A DNA stretch of 64,000 bases, taken from Cenococcum geophilum. Its lineage: Eukaryota. Made by a program: the position numbers and the translations under genes. The notes below the pieces were generated by a model. It worked only from the letters and a program-made list of their open reading frames with translations, made no database searches and was not told the DNA's origin. Where the stretch lies: positions 434,001-498,000 of the forward strand of contig CP158635.1 in assembly GCA_050273025.1 (NCBI GenBank). The letters are read 5' to 3'. The stretch's first letter is position 1; each line of letters starts with the position of its first letter. Of the stretch, positions 25,901 through 38,916 are shown in pieces.

Positions 25901-26188
25901 CTCTATGGGTGCGCAGGACGAATTTAGCTATATTTAAATACTATATTGGGTAAATTAGGGTTAGATTTAATCGGGCAACGTTAATATTTGTATATAGAGA
26001 GGTGCTGCCAAAAATCCGCAATGAAACACCATAAAGTCTATATAAATTTCCTAATTGGGACAGCTAGCTGACAGCGTGACAGTCAGCGTACCTTACCTTA
26101 CAGTCAGCTAATGGCGAGCGGTCTAATTGACGCAGTTAGTTAGCTATAAAAGCTGAAGCTCGCAGCTAGCCGACTGTTAGACACACTG
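22932..26188 (+). mobile_element. hAT DNA transposon (3257 bp), full length but RIP-inactivated
   Basis: TIRs (T/C)AGTGTGTCTAA..TTAGACACACTG, perfect 8-bp TSD ATAAGGAT (22924-31, 26189-96), subterminal CAGCT/GCTGAC repeats at both ends. Confidence 0.96.
23430..25770 (+). pseudogene. hAT transposase (BED finger, DDE core, dimerisation domain)
   Basis: NIWTS (DxWT, ~24106), IADNTSNN (~24298), L*CVGYIINL (RCxxH, ~24376), V*WNLTY (RWNS, ~24652), KIALNLFSILAISS.CKRAFS (~25490-25550). Ends approximate. Confidence 0.9.
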
Positions 26189-26196
26189 ATAAGGAT

Positions 26197-27680
26197 AAAT
26201 AGATTAGATATAATTACCCTAAGCTAGTAGCAACTTAAGAGGATAATAAACTAGAAAAAGTCTACGAGATACTAGAGAGCTTTTAGGTATAGAGAATTCT
26301 AAAAGTATAGCTAGAAGATCTATAGATAGATATATATAAAAATTAAAAAGTAAAGTATATTCTAAAAAACATAGCAGAGTATTTTATGGAAGATTTCTAT
26401 AAGGAAATAACTTAAGGATATAATAGAGTAATAGGCTTAGTGTTAAGACTTTAGGAAGAATACATTATTAATAAAACCTAAAATATTATAAGAAAAGTAA
26501 TAAAGGAGTATTTAGATTACTAAAGAAATAAACTAATAAGGCATAAGCTATATAGAGGGCTACAACCTATTAAAATACCAGAAAGACTATAGAAGGTTAT
26601 ATTATAAGACTTTATTATTAAGTTACTAAAGTTAAGAGATCCTATTACCGGATAAGAGTATAACGCAATCTTAGTAATAGTAGATAAGTTAACTAAATAG
26701 GGCTACTTTATAGTATATATAGAAGAAATCTTAGTAAAAGATAGTACTAGAATCTATATTAAAGAAGTGTTTATAAGATATAGAGCATTAAGTAAAATTA
26801 TATTAGATAGAGATCTAAGGTTTATAGCAGTATTTTAAAAGATATTCTTAGTAGAATAGGGAGTTAGAGCAGTAGCTTTTACTGTATATTATCCGCAAAC
26901 GGATAGTTAAATAGAAAGATTAAATTAGACGCTAGAATGGTATCTAAGACATTATATTAATTATACACAGAATAATTAGGTATTACTATTACTAGTTATA
27001 TAGTTTATATATAATATAATACTATAAGAAGAAATAGGTATATTACTATTTAAGGCAAATTATAGATATAAGCTAAGAATATTGTTATTACTATAATAAG
27101 CGAAAAAAAATGAGTGGTATAGCTAAAAAAAAGGATAAAGATACTAATAAATCTTTATATAGACCTTATAGAATTAGTAAAAAAGGTATAAGAAAGAATA
27201 AAAAAGTATTATAATATTAAGAGATCTAAGGGATTAGATCTTAAGGAGGGAGATAAAGTATAGCTACTATATAAAAATTTTAAGAGTTAATAACTAAGTA
27301 AGAAGTTAAATTATGTTAAACTAGGACCTTTTGAAATTATATAAAGGATTTCACCGGTTATATTTAAGTTAAACCTACTAGCTAAGATAAAGATCTACCC
27401 TATATAGTATATTATAATACTAGAGCTAGTATATAGGAATATTAAGCTATTAATCTATAAAGTAGATATATATAGAGGATAAGAAAAAGACAAATAGTAA
27501 GTTTTAAAGATTATTAGTTATAAGGATATTAACAATAAAATATAGTACGAGGTTAAGTAGATAGGCTATACTAAGACTACCTAGGAACTACTATAGAATT
27601 TAAAGAATGCTATAAGAAAGGTATAGGAGTATTAGAAGAAATTAGGTTAGGTAGCAGTAATAAAAAAAATCGCTAAAGAA
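26197..27680 (+). pseudogene. Gypsy-1 integrase and chromodomain
   Basis: DFIIKLLK, LVIVDKLTK, LDRD.RF, YYPQTDS*IERLN, LGPFEI, then YEVK*IGY..TT*E (chromodomain, ~27545-27590). Confidence 0.9.
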
Positions 27681-30600
27681 TAAGTTACCTAAGGGGAACT
27701 TAGGAGAAGTAGTTACTAAACTACTTAGATTTATTTCCTTCTTAGTTAGAAAAAAATCCGTTCTTTTATTGCTAAGTTCCTATAACCCTTATTTTATAAG
27801 CTTTTACTCTTTTAAACGGACCTTTTTATAACCCTTTTTAAGACGGAGTAACTGTAAGGGCACGAAGAGACTTTAGGGTAGATTTAAAGGAATAATATAA
27901 ATTCTATCTAAATCTAAGGGTATAGCTCTTGTAGAGAATAAGACGTTGTGTAAAGAAGAGAAAGGAATAATAAGAGAATCTTATGAATAAATAGTTAGGG
28001 GTCTTAGTAGTTAATATATACGCACGTGCGCACGCGGTCTTTGATGGTATTTAGTAGAATTTAATTAATTTAGCAGAACTTAGCAGAAGTCAATTAAGCT
28101 AGCAGAATTTGGCAGAATTTAATTAAAGCGTCGGAATTTATCTGTTAAGTATTTTATTAAGACATTCCTGCTGTAACTAGGCTAGTCCCGTTATAGTACC
28201 CCCCCCTTAGGCTAAAGGTTTAAAATAATTTAATTTAATTAAGACTTATTACTTGTCGCATTTATATAGCTACGTTAGGTGGTGGTATAGAGTTTTGCCG
28301 TTTCTATCGTTAAATAGACTAATTAGGATTTTCCATCCCTGGGATAGAAAATCGCTATTAGCTTGGTTAAGGCGGTAAGCAGAACTAATATCTTTATAGT
28401 GGGTCTTAGTAAGGCGGATCTAACTAATTAGATAACTTTAACCGGCGGTTAAAGTTCCTTAATATCTTACGTGTCACGTAATCGTATTATAAACGTTATA
28501 ACGTCTTTTGAGTTCTTTTTAAGTTTTGTGTTTTTATGTTGGGTAGTAGTCATTTACCTTTATATTGTGTTTATTTAGCTAGAGTAGGCCGTAAAGGATG
28601 GTCCTTATAGAATTCTTTTACTAAGGAAGGCGTGTTAGCCTTAATCTGGTTATAGGTTTCCTAGGTTTATGTTTTATATCCTTTCCACTTAATAAGAAGT
28701 TTAAATTATTTAGATTATATTTTCCATTGTATGTCGTTAATTAAGTTAATAAAGTAAGAACTATTACTATTATTAACAATTACGGGAGGTGGCGGCGGAA
28801 TTTCGTAAGTTGTAGGGTTATCTTTTAAATGTTATAATAAGCTTACATAAAACGTCAGGTGTATTTTTATCTTAGTCGGCAGTTTAAGCTTATAGGCGTA
28901 TAGGCTTAGTTTTTTCTTAATTTAGTATGGGCCCGTAAACTTCTAGTTAAGTTTCTTTAAGGGCCGTTAAGTCTTTAGGTTTTGTATACTTAGGTAAACT
29001 ATATTACTTTCCTTAAAGTCCTATATAGGAGCTTGTCTTTTATTCACGTGCCATTCCTATACCGTTTAAGTATATATTAATTTACTTCGTAATAGTTCCG
29101 TTAACTACTTTATTTAATTAACGAAGTTGTATACGTTAATTAACTAAATCTGTTTAATTGTAGGTCCTATTATGTTGATTTTAGGTTATAATTTAAATTT
29201 AAGTTAAGGGTCTTATCCGTAGGTTGTGTAGAACGGTGTTACGCCTATTAATACGTTTATTATATTATTTGCAGTAAACTTAGCTAAAGGCAGCTATTTT
29301 TCCCAGTCGTCTTATAGGTAGGAGTAGTATATTTATAGGTATTGTTCTATAATCGTGTTTATAATTTTAGTTTAACTATTTATCTTTAGATAAAATGCAG
29401 TTAAGAGTTATATTTAAATACTTAATTATTTATATAGAGCTTGCCAGAAGTCTAAAATGAACTAGCTTCTATAATCGGATATTATTAAGTTAGGAAGTCT
29501 ATATAGCTTAAAGACATACTTAACAAAACATTCGGCTACTAATATTATGTTAATTAAGTCTATAGGGATTATATATTGCATTTTCGTAAGATAGTTAACG
29601 ACTACTATAATATTTATAAACCCATTACTACTAGGTAAGTCGACTATAAAGTCAATTAAGATGTCGCGCTATCTTTGCATCGGAATTAGTAGCGGTTAAA
29701 GTACTCCTTACTTCTTTATATAAGAGGTCTTTCCACGTACGTATATCCTGTATGCTTAAACGTATTTTCGTATATAGTTGTGTATTATAGGCTAGTAGTA
29801 TGCTCGTTAAACAATCTTATAAGTCTTTATATAGCCAGGATACCCTACTATAGGGAAGTTGTGTATAAATTCAAGTATCTTAAATCGTAAGGGTTCGGAA
29901 TTTAGAACTACTATCTTCTATTAATAATATAATCGATCGTTTCGAATTTCGCATTCAGCAAATATAATATCCTTATACTGTCGTTTTCCTATTTAAATTG
30001 CTTTTATTATATTTATTATCTATATATTATTCTTATATTTATATTCCATTAGCTTATTAATTTCCATTTCCTATTTATTAACTTCTGATTTATTTCTGTC
30101 GAGTTTTATATCTAGGAATATAGGACGTAGTTTTTTGAAATGTTCAGGGGGCAATAAGATCCGTAATTAATTTGTAATCCGTTTGTCTAAAGTATTTACA
30201 GGTAAATCCTATAATTATTATATTAATGCGTTAGGCTTCTAATTGAGTTTACCCGGTTAGTATGTAATCTTAAAGTTAAATTATAAGAGATATTTAGCCT
30301 AACAAATTTGGCGCTATGTTAATTGTTTTATAGTTATAAAATACTATAGGTTCTTATAGTCCGTTAGCACATATATTAAGAATAACAATCCTTTAAGTTT
30401 AGGATGCTATTATTTAAAGCATCTAATGATTATAAGCAGTTCCTTATTATATATCTTGTAGTTTAATTTAGCAGGGGCGAGTTTTTAGGAGAGAAAGGCT
30501 ACTGGATGTAGCTCGCCGTTCTTATTATATTGTAACAACACTCCCCCTAGCGCATAATTAGATGAGTTCGTTTTAATAATATATTTAAGGTTAGGGTTAA

Positions 30601-32655
30601 AGTAGGTGAGAATTAGAGCAGTTATAAAACGATATTTTAGTTTATTAAAAGCTTATTTGTATTTAGTAGTCCATTTAAATTTTACTTTTTTTTTTATTAA
30701 GTTTACTAATAGCTAAACGATTTTCGAGAAGTAATTAATAAATTAATAATAGAAATTTGTAAATCCTAGAAATCCTTAAATGTCTTATACGCTACCAGGA
30801 CTCTCCTAGTTTATAATTGTAGCAACTTTTTTAGGGTCCATTTTAATTCTGTTATGGGATATAATTAAGCCTAAGTACGTAACTTTGGACGCGTAAAACT
30901 TGTATTTTTTAATATCGCATTATAAGCCCATATTTTGTAGGTGTTTAAGGACTATTTTAATGTATTTCCGATGTTTAGAAAGTAAGGATAAGTAGATTAA
31001 GATATTATTAATATACGCGGTAATAAATATATTAAGGAATTCACGAAGCGTATCGTTAACATATTGCTGAAATATACTAGGACCGTTTTTTACGCTAAAT
31101 GGCATTACTAGGTATTTAAAGAGTCCCTATTATATATAAAAAGCTATATACTTCTTATCTCCTTTATATATACGGATTTTGTTAAAGGTAGTAACTATAT
31201 TAAGCTTTGTAAAGTACCGTGCCTTTGCTAAATAGTTAAGTGTCTCTTAAATTAGGGGAATTGGATATTAGTTTTAAATTATAATTGTGTTTAGAGCTTA
31301 ATAATTAATATAGAATCTTAAGCCTCCTTTTAGCTTTTTAATAAATAGTATGGGTAAAGTAAATAGAGATTAACTAGGGTAAATAAATCCTTTTTCTAGA
31401 TGTTCGTTAAGGTATTGTTATATTATAAGTAGTTCTTCTTATAATATACCATATAGCGGACCGAACTTTAGTATTATGCTAGGCTTAAGTTCTATCTTAA
31501 AATCGTACTTATCTTAGTGCGGGGCTAGTTAGTCTGTAAATTGTTTTTTAAATTTATTAATTAGATTATAGTACTCTTTAGGTATAAGAGGTTAAGGGTT
31601 AATATATTGCTTTGGTTCTAGCGCTTTCTTAATGTCTTCTATTATTATAGTGAAGATTTTATAGTCTTGTTTTCTTGCTAATAAAATAAAGGGCGTGGCT
31701 TATATTATACGAATTTTAAGAGGTTTTAACGAAACATCTTCGCATTCTTTACCATAATTGGTAGTTATGGCTTTATTATATTAGTTTAAAGTTTATAGTA
31801 AGGGCAATTTATATTATGTTAAATTTAAATAGTTATATGTATATTTATAGGGCGAGTGGTATTTTAAGTAATAACTTTGGCAGTAGGTTATACGGAACTT
31901 TAGTATTTCTTTAACCCAGCTAATTAAAGGGTTGTATTGTTTTAGCCATCCGTATCTAAGTATTACTTTATAATACTTTAAGGGAGTTATAAATAGGGAA
32001 ATGTATTTAAGGTGTTCGCCTATTTATAATTTCATAAGAGCGTAGTACGTCAGTTTGCTATATATTAAGGGTTTGCCGTTAAAGCCTTATAGGCCTTAGG
32101 GCTTATTAAGTTTCTTTAAATTTAGGTATTAGGTTTTTGCGTAGTTTATATTAATAAAGCCTATACTAGTGGCTCCGCTATTTATAAGGATTTATACTTC
32201 CTTCCATTTTCTAAGTATTTAAATTTCGCTAAGTACATTAAGGGAGTCGTGTTATATATTAGCGCTAGAAGAGCCTATATACTTATACTTTTCCACTTTT
32301 TGTTTTAAGGCGCGACTTAGCCCTAGGATAATTTGTTTTCTAATTTAACTAAAAGCAAGGTGCTTTATAGCGTCTAAGTATAATTTATAGAATAAGTGTG
32401 AGTTAAGGAGCGAGTATAATTTAAAGACCGGGAGGAACTACAGCGGACTTTTTTAAAAGGGTAAGTTCGGTAATTCCTTTAGATATATCCTTTTTTACTA
32501 TATCTAAAGCATTCTCTATTTATAGCTTAGGTTCTTTATTTATTGGTTTTTAAGGGTGTATAGGATTAGGTAGCATTGAGATCTATAGGGTCATATATAG
32601 GGCTTTTAGGTCTTAGAGAAGGATCGCGCTTTAGAGTATATACTGGTTTTATAGA

Positions 32656-35600
32656 TATCGGGAATGAGGCAAGTTGCCGTCGCATGAAGCATATTGCCGT
32701 CACGTGTCGACGTGGCCCTAGCGTGGTGAGGAACCTTAAGTTCCTCACCCCTTTCCTCATTCCTATTAATAAGAATTAACTAACATTACTATAACCCTAC
32801 TTGAGTAGTCGTTATTGGTGAGTCACCCTATATTTCTAATACTAATTAGTAGTTAAATACACAGTCAACCATAAAGCAGCTAGGTTTTTAAACAAAAGAG
32901 ACAGTCTTATATAGGGGTGCTATATGCGCTTATATAGAATAGATCCTAACAATACTATACTACCTTAGACTTACGGAAAACTAGTAATAGAAGTGTTATT
33001 AAGTACTAGGAGATACTAAGTTATATCTATTATATAGAACAACCACGTTTACAAAGATTTGGTTAAGTACTTTAGGTTAGAAGTATCACTAAACCTATAG
33101 TCCTAAAATTAACGTCCGAAACGCGTCAAACAACTATATATATAAAGATTTGGTCAAGTACTTTAGGTTAAAAGTGTTACTAAACCTATAGTCCCAAAGT
33201 TAATATCCGAAACGCGTTAACAACATCTTAATTGCCTACCTTTTGACAGCAAACCTATGAAATTCTATAAAGCCAAAAACCCTACCTACCTTTAACGTAC
33301 GATACCCCGTCGATTTTATACCTACTATGGCATTAACCTACCTAAAGAAGTATAAGAAAAGCATTAACCCGGAGATATAGGATATAGATATTAACCCTAT
33401 AAATGCTAAGGAACAGGACCTGAACGGATTCTTAGTATACCGCATGGTATACTATATAGATAGTAAATATAATAATACTGAGCTATGGTGTTATATAAAG
33501 GAGGACTTTATTAAATAAATAAAGGAAATATAGGCTCTTGCAAAGAAGGACGTTATATAAGACTTCTATAACTTCCTTTAAAAAAATAGAGTATTTGTCC
33601 CTATGGATAGGGGTGCTATTAAAGACAATATCTAGGAGCAAATTATTAACGTAAAAGAAGAGCACGAATAGACTCTATAAGAGGTTAAGCACTAACTACG
33701 TACTAAGAGGAAGCTTAACTTATAATAGAATCCAAATAATACGCTAATAGAGACGCGCTCTAATTTCATTACTCTAGGCATAAGTTCTTATATTCCACAT
33801 CTATTACTTCTACCTCTATCTCCAGCTCCCTAGGATCTACCAATTTAACCAGCAATATTAACTACTACCCCTTAAGAGCAAGCGCAAGATCCCCTTGCTT
33901 CGCGATTTAACAACCTTCAAACTCTACTATAGAAAGATTAGGTACCACGCCGTATTCCACTAAGCCCTATATCTCTACTACAGCCTACAAAGCAATCCCC
34001 ACCTTAATCTCTAATGCAATTTTAATGTGGTCTAACACTACTTAGAGGCACCTTAAAAATGCTTATAGAGCTTACGAAGCTCTATGCGGACCAGGAGAAG
34101 AAGTTTAGCGGGGAACTGTATAATATCCTTAATTCGAAGCTGCGTATCTTCTATAACTATTATTAAAAGGTTGGACTAGAACCTAACCGATATTATAACA
34201 CCTATTCCGTTATACTTAAGGGCCGCGCTAGTACCTTCTATTATAATCATTTAGCAGAAAAAGGATATAATTTCAACCGAATAATATATGAGATAAGATG
34301 CTACTTTAAAACAAAAGAGAATAAGCAGCAATATATATTAGAGTGGAGAGAGACTACCTTTCTAAGAATTATTGCTACGAACCTAGGTGTCTCTTGGCTT
34401 AATTATCTTTAAAAGCTCTTTAATTAATTTTAAATAATTTAGTATAGTTTATCCGAATTATATTAAGAGGACCTTAGCCTATATAATTAAGTTATTAGCG
34501 TATACTGAGGTATTAAAAAATGCAATCTTGCTTTCTTTAACCCTATAAGTACTTATAAAGGAGTATATACTTAATTAAGATCCTCTATTAGCACCGCTCT
34601 ACGCTCTTAAAAAGTATAGCAATTTAACGCCCAACTTTAACCTACTTTAATTGACCTAGCTGACCAATATAATTACAACTAGACTAATTAAATATATAGT
34701 AGACGTAATAGGGGATATAGTAAAGGGTATAATTAACGTCAACTATAAGGCAATTATAGAGGTCCTTGTGGAGGTTTACTTTAGAGTAATTATTAAAAAA
34801 AGTGCTACGTTTATGAGAAGCCAAATTACTAGTTAACTAGACACCCTCTTAATAGACAAAAGGAGGCATATAATAGGTTTCGCTAGAGCGTATAAAATAT
34901 TAGAAACCGAGAGGTTACTATAGCCTACTTTTAAAACTTTCTAGTTTAATATAAAGGCAAAGAAGATCTTAAGGGTAAGGTTAATAAGGCCAAACAGCTC
35001 CTTATAGATATAAAAATTAAGGACTACTCTCCTAACTAATACTTCACTAAGTATGGTAAGGTAAATGGTATATAAACCGTTGCTATCCTTAATAACTAAT
35101 CTATACTCTATTCTATTATAAAGTTAGATATCTTTAATAAGCTAAAGGAAAGTTCCGCATTCTCCTTTAATAATAGATACTCGGCGAACGTCTTCTATGG
35201 CATTATACTAGATACTAAAGCTATAGGAGTATCTATAGTAGGAGAGCCTTAAGTTCGAGCTCTTTAGTAGCTTAATAGCTCTATTTAAATTAACCAATCA
35301 ACAGCAGGCTAATATACAATTCGCTTTAGCAAGGGTACTATAATCTCTCTTAGCATAATTAAGGTCCAAACCCTATTAGGATATATTACTTTCCACATTA
35401 TCCTCATAAATACCCCGTTTCTATTCTACATCTAAAATATAGACAAATTAGGTGTTAAGCTTAATAACCTTAAGAATATGCTTATCTAGGGAGATAATTA
35501 GGTGCCCGTTATACGTAAATAGGGTCACCCTTAGTTGCTCCTTTAACAGCTAGAAAGGAGCGTTGCTTAAAGCTACCTAACTAAGTTAGAGTTACGTTAA

Positions 35601-38600
35601 CTATACCGTTATTTTAGCCACCTATCTATTTACTAATTACTTAGGGTCCTTTAGCAAGCAGGTCATAAAGTTAAGGTTAAGGTAATTAAATATCTTATAA
35701 AGTACTGCCACTACTACTAAATGAACCAGAAGTCCCCTAGCCGATTTAAGTTTACTCTTAAAAACAACTATAACTTTAACTTCTACATTATTATAGATAT
35801 TATATATCTTAGCGGTAAGCCAGTACTCCAAGTTATTAACTTCTTAACCTCCTTCTAAGCCGCACGCTTTTTAAAAGATATATTAGCTAGGAACGCATAG
35901 GATACTCTTTAATTATATTGGATTGATATCTACCTAAAACCCCCTAATTAAATTGTTTATAACGTAGGAAAGAACTTCTTATCTATAGAGTTTTAATAAC
36001 AGGTAAAGGCAATAACAATTAAGGTTAAGGAAGTCCCCGTTAAGGTATATAATAGTATTAGAAAAGTAAAATAATATTATATACCATTATGCCGCGCATA
36101 TAAGATCATTTCTTTAAAACTAAAGGGTACTAGCGAAGAGCTTATCCTATAGATGGCTATTAAGGCTATTAATAATACCGCTAGCCTAAATAGGCTCGTA
36201 CCTACATTACTAGTCTTTAGCGCCTACCCTTAAATAACTAACGATTCTCTACTATCTCCCTCCATTGCGCAATAAGCTAAGGCTATTCGTAAAGTAATAA
36301 AGGAGATACGACGTCTTTATGCTACACGCTAGGTTAATAACGTACTAGGAATAAGAAATAGCCTAAATACCTTAACTACGCTTAATCTACCACTCTAATT
36401 GAAGGTACGCGTATAGCGTAAAAAGGGAGGATAGTTAGGCCTATATAAACTTATTATAATTAATAGTTAAACTTACACTTTTTAAATGCCCCATAGACCC
36501 ACTTAATTCCGCTTAACCGTTATTAAGCCCTATTATAGGGATAATAGCTTTAAGCCTTTACAGGATGCCCTAAAGGATACCCTAGAGGAGAACCACGATT
36601 AATATACTTCAAAAGGCGAAGGCGATTCTAATACAATTATAGTAGACATACCGCAACTATGACGCGGTAGAGGTCGCCTAAAGGGATCATAAAATTGCCA
36701 ACATCTTATTAATTTTGAAGAGCAATTTGTCACCGCTATTGAGAATAGAGATAAACTATTAATGGCCTTTATAATAGCTAAAGAGAAGGCTAACTTCGAA
36801 CTTGCAAAATAGCTCTAAAAGGAAGGCCATATTATAACTCTAGGAGCTCCTTTCTAAGCATCTGACAAGCAGGAGATTAACGGTTTTATTATAAGAGGAG
36901 TCTTTAAATTCAAAAAATATAACCCTACTAAGTTTAATAGAGTCCGTATATTTAAGTTAAGAATAGTTAATAAAATTAAAGGTAAAGCTACTAATACCCC
37001 ATTTAAGAAGTTAAGGCTAGTCATTTAAGGTTATAATGATAATAATAAGGAAGTAATCCTTATATAATCCCCTATAATTCAATAAGCTAGTTAATAAGTT
37101 ATTATTACGCTAGCTCCCTCCTTAATGAAGAATGGGATGGCGGTTTACCTATAAGATATTACTTAGGCCTACACCTAATTAGAGACGCGCCTTTAGCGCT
37201 TAATACTAACATACCTTCTAGAGCAAATTCGCCACTAATATCCCAAGGATACAATTATGGTTGTACTTAAGCCATTATATAGAATCGCAGAGGTAGGAAT
37301 TTATTAGTGGGCTACCTACAGCAAGCACTATAAGGAGAAGCTTTTAATAACTACTTCTATATTTAATCCCTACTTCCTTATTATAACTATAGGAACTCTA
37401 TTTAGAATTGTCGGCATATAAACGGACGATATAATCATCTTAGGAGACGACTAATTCTTAGCTCTTAAAGAAGATAAGCTAGTAAAGATAAACCTTATAG
37501 CAAAGCTAAAGGAAAAACTTAACTTAGCAATACTATTACTCTTTAATAAATATATCCTCTCCCTAAACAAGGGCTCTATTGCTCTATACCAGAAGGGTTA
37601 AGGTAAGAAGATTGATGTTATTAACGTTAATTCTCTAAAGCAAGGATACGTAGAATAATATACTTGTGGAGCTTATATAGCTTCTATCTATTAACCTAAG
37701 GCTTCCTTTAATCTCTCTGTTGCCGCTTAACACTAGGAACCAACTAAAAATAACATTCTTACCCTAAATAAGCGTCTTTTTTAGTAAATAAACCATTTTA
37801 ATAGGGGACTACTCTACGTGCCTATTAACCTTCCTACCGCTAAGCTCTTTGTATTCGTTAATAGATTGTTTATAAATAATAAAGATTTTAGCTCCTAGCT
37901 AGGATATAAAATTATTATTATAAACGAATCTACCGGAGAGAATGACTTTATAATCTACGGTAACCTTATCTATTAGAGCTTAACTAAGAGTAAGTACGTC
38001 ACTTAAAGCGTTCTAGCATTAAAGATATATAGAATAGTTAGCGGAGTTGATATGGCAATTGCAATTGGAACTACCCTTAAGATGATTATAGACCGGCTCG
38101 AACTTCCTGTTATCCCTATAATTGTATATACCGACTTATATTCCCTCTATAAGTGTTTAGTTAAGCTTAGTACTATAAAGAAGAAGCGTCTTATAATTGA
38201 TATTATAGCACTTCAGTAGTCCTATAAGTGTTAAGAACTCTTTAAAATCTAATAGATTAATAGCTAAGATAACCTAGTAGATGCGATGATAAAGGCAAAC
38301 CTAAATAAGGCACTAGAGACGTTTGTTAATATAAATACTCTATATATATAAGTTGAAGGTTAGGTTAAGAGGGAAATTTAGAAAAGTTAAGATTTTATAA
38401 AACTTTAACCGCCGGTTAAAGTTGTCTAATTAATTAGATCCTTACTAAGAGCGCCGCGCCTAATTAATTTAGGTGGTGGTATAGACTTCTGCCAACTAAT
38501 TAGGATTTTCCATACTTGGCATAGAAAATCGCTATTAGCTTACTTACTACTAGCGTCTTAGCGGCCCACCCGTCTTTACATTATCTACTAAATTCTGCCA

Positions 38601-38916
38601 ACTGCCGTATTATTATATATCGTCTGGTTTTGTTATATATTGTCTGGTTTTGTTATATATTATCTGGTATTATTGTATACTGTCTGTTTGTATATATATA
38701 TATAGTAACCATAAAAAGAAGAGTTGCTAGTGTCGGGAATAAGGCAAGTTGCCGTCGTATGAAGCATATTGCCGTCACGTGTTAACGTGGCCCTAGTGTG
38801 GTGAGGAACCTTAAGTTCCTTACCCCTTTCCTTATTCCTATTAATAAGAATCAACCAACATCACTGTAACCCTACTCGAGTAGTCGTTATTAGTAAGTCA
38901 CCCTGTGTTTCCAACA
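32656..38916 (+). mobile_element. GalEa-type Copia LTR retrotransposon (6261 bp) in the Gypsy-2 gag
   Basis: 186 bp LTRs 32656-32841 and 38731-38916 (TGTCGG..CCAACA), perfect TSD ATAGA (32651-55, 38917-21); PR GIILDTKA.GVS (~35199), IN LYRYFSHLS..YCHYY, RT FKKLRLVI*GYND, DIT*AYT*, KPLYRI.E, GI*TDD (~37413), RH FVNRLF.NNKDFSS*LG and NLVDAM.K. Clade assigned from recalled motifs. Confidence 0.9.
33053..33224 (+). repeat. Tandem ~82 bp duplication in the GalEa 5' leader
   Basis: AAAGATTTGGT(T/C)AAGTACTTTAGG...CCGAAACGCGT at 33053-33134 and 33144-33224. Confidence 0.9.

Noticed and set aside
28319..28355. Hammerhead ribozyme (CTGA..stem..GAAA look-alike)
   Set aside because: RIP of CTGATGAG would give CTAATAAG, not the observed CTAATTAG, and the GAAA lies inside the stem; the core consensus is not met.
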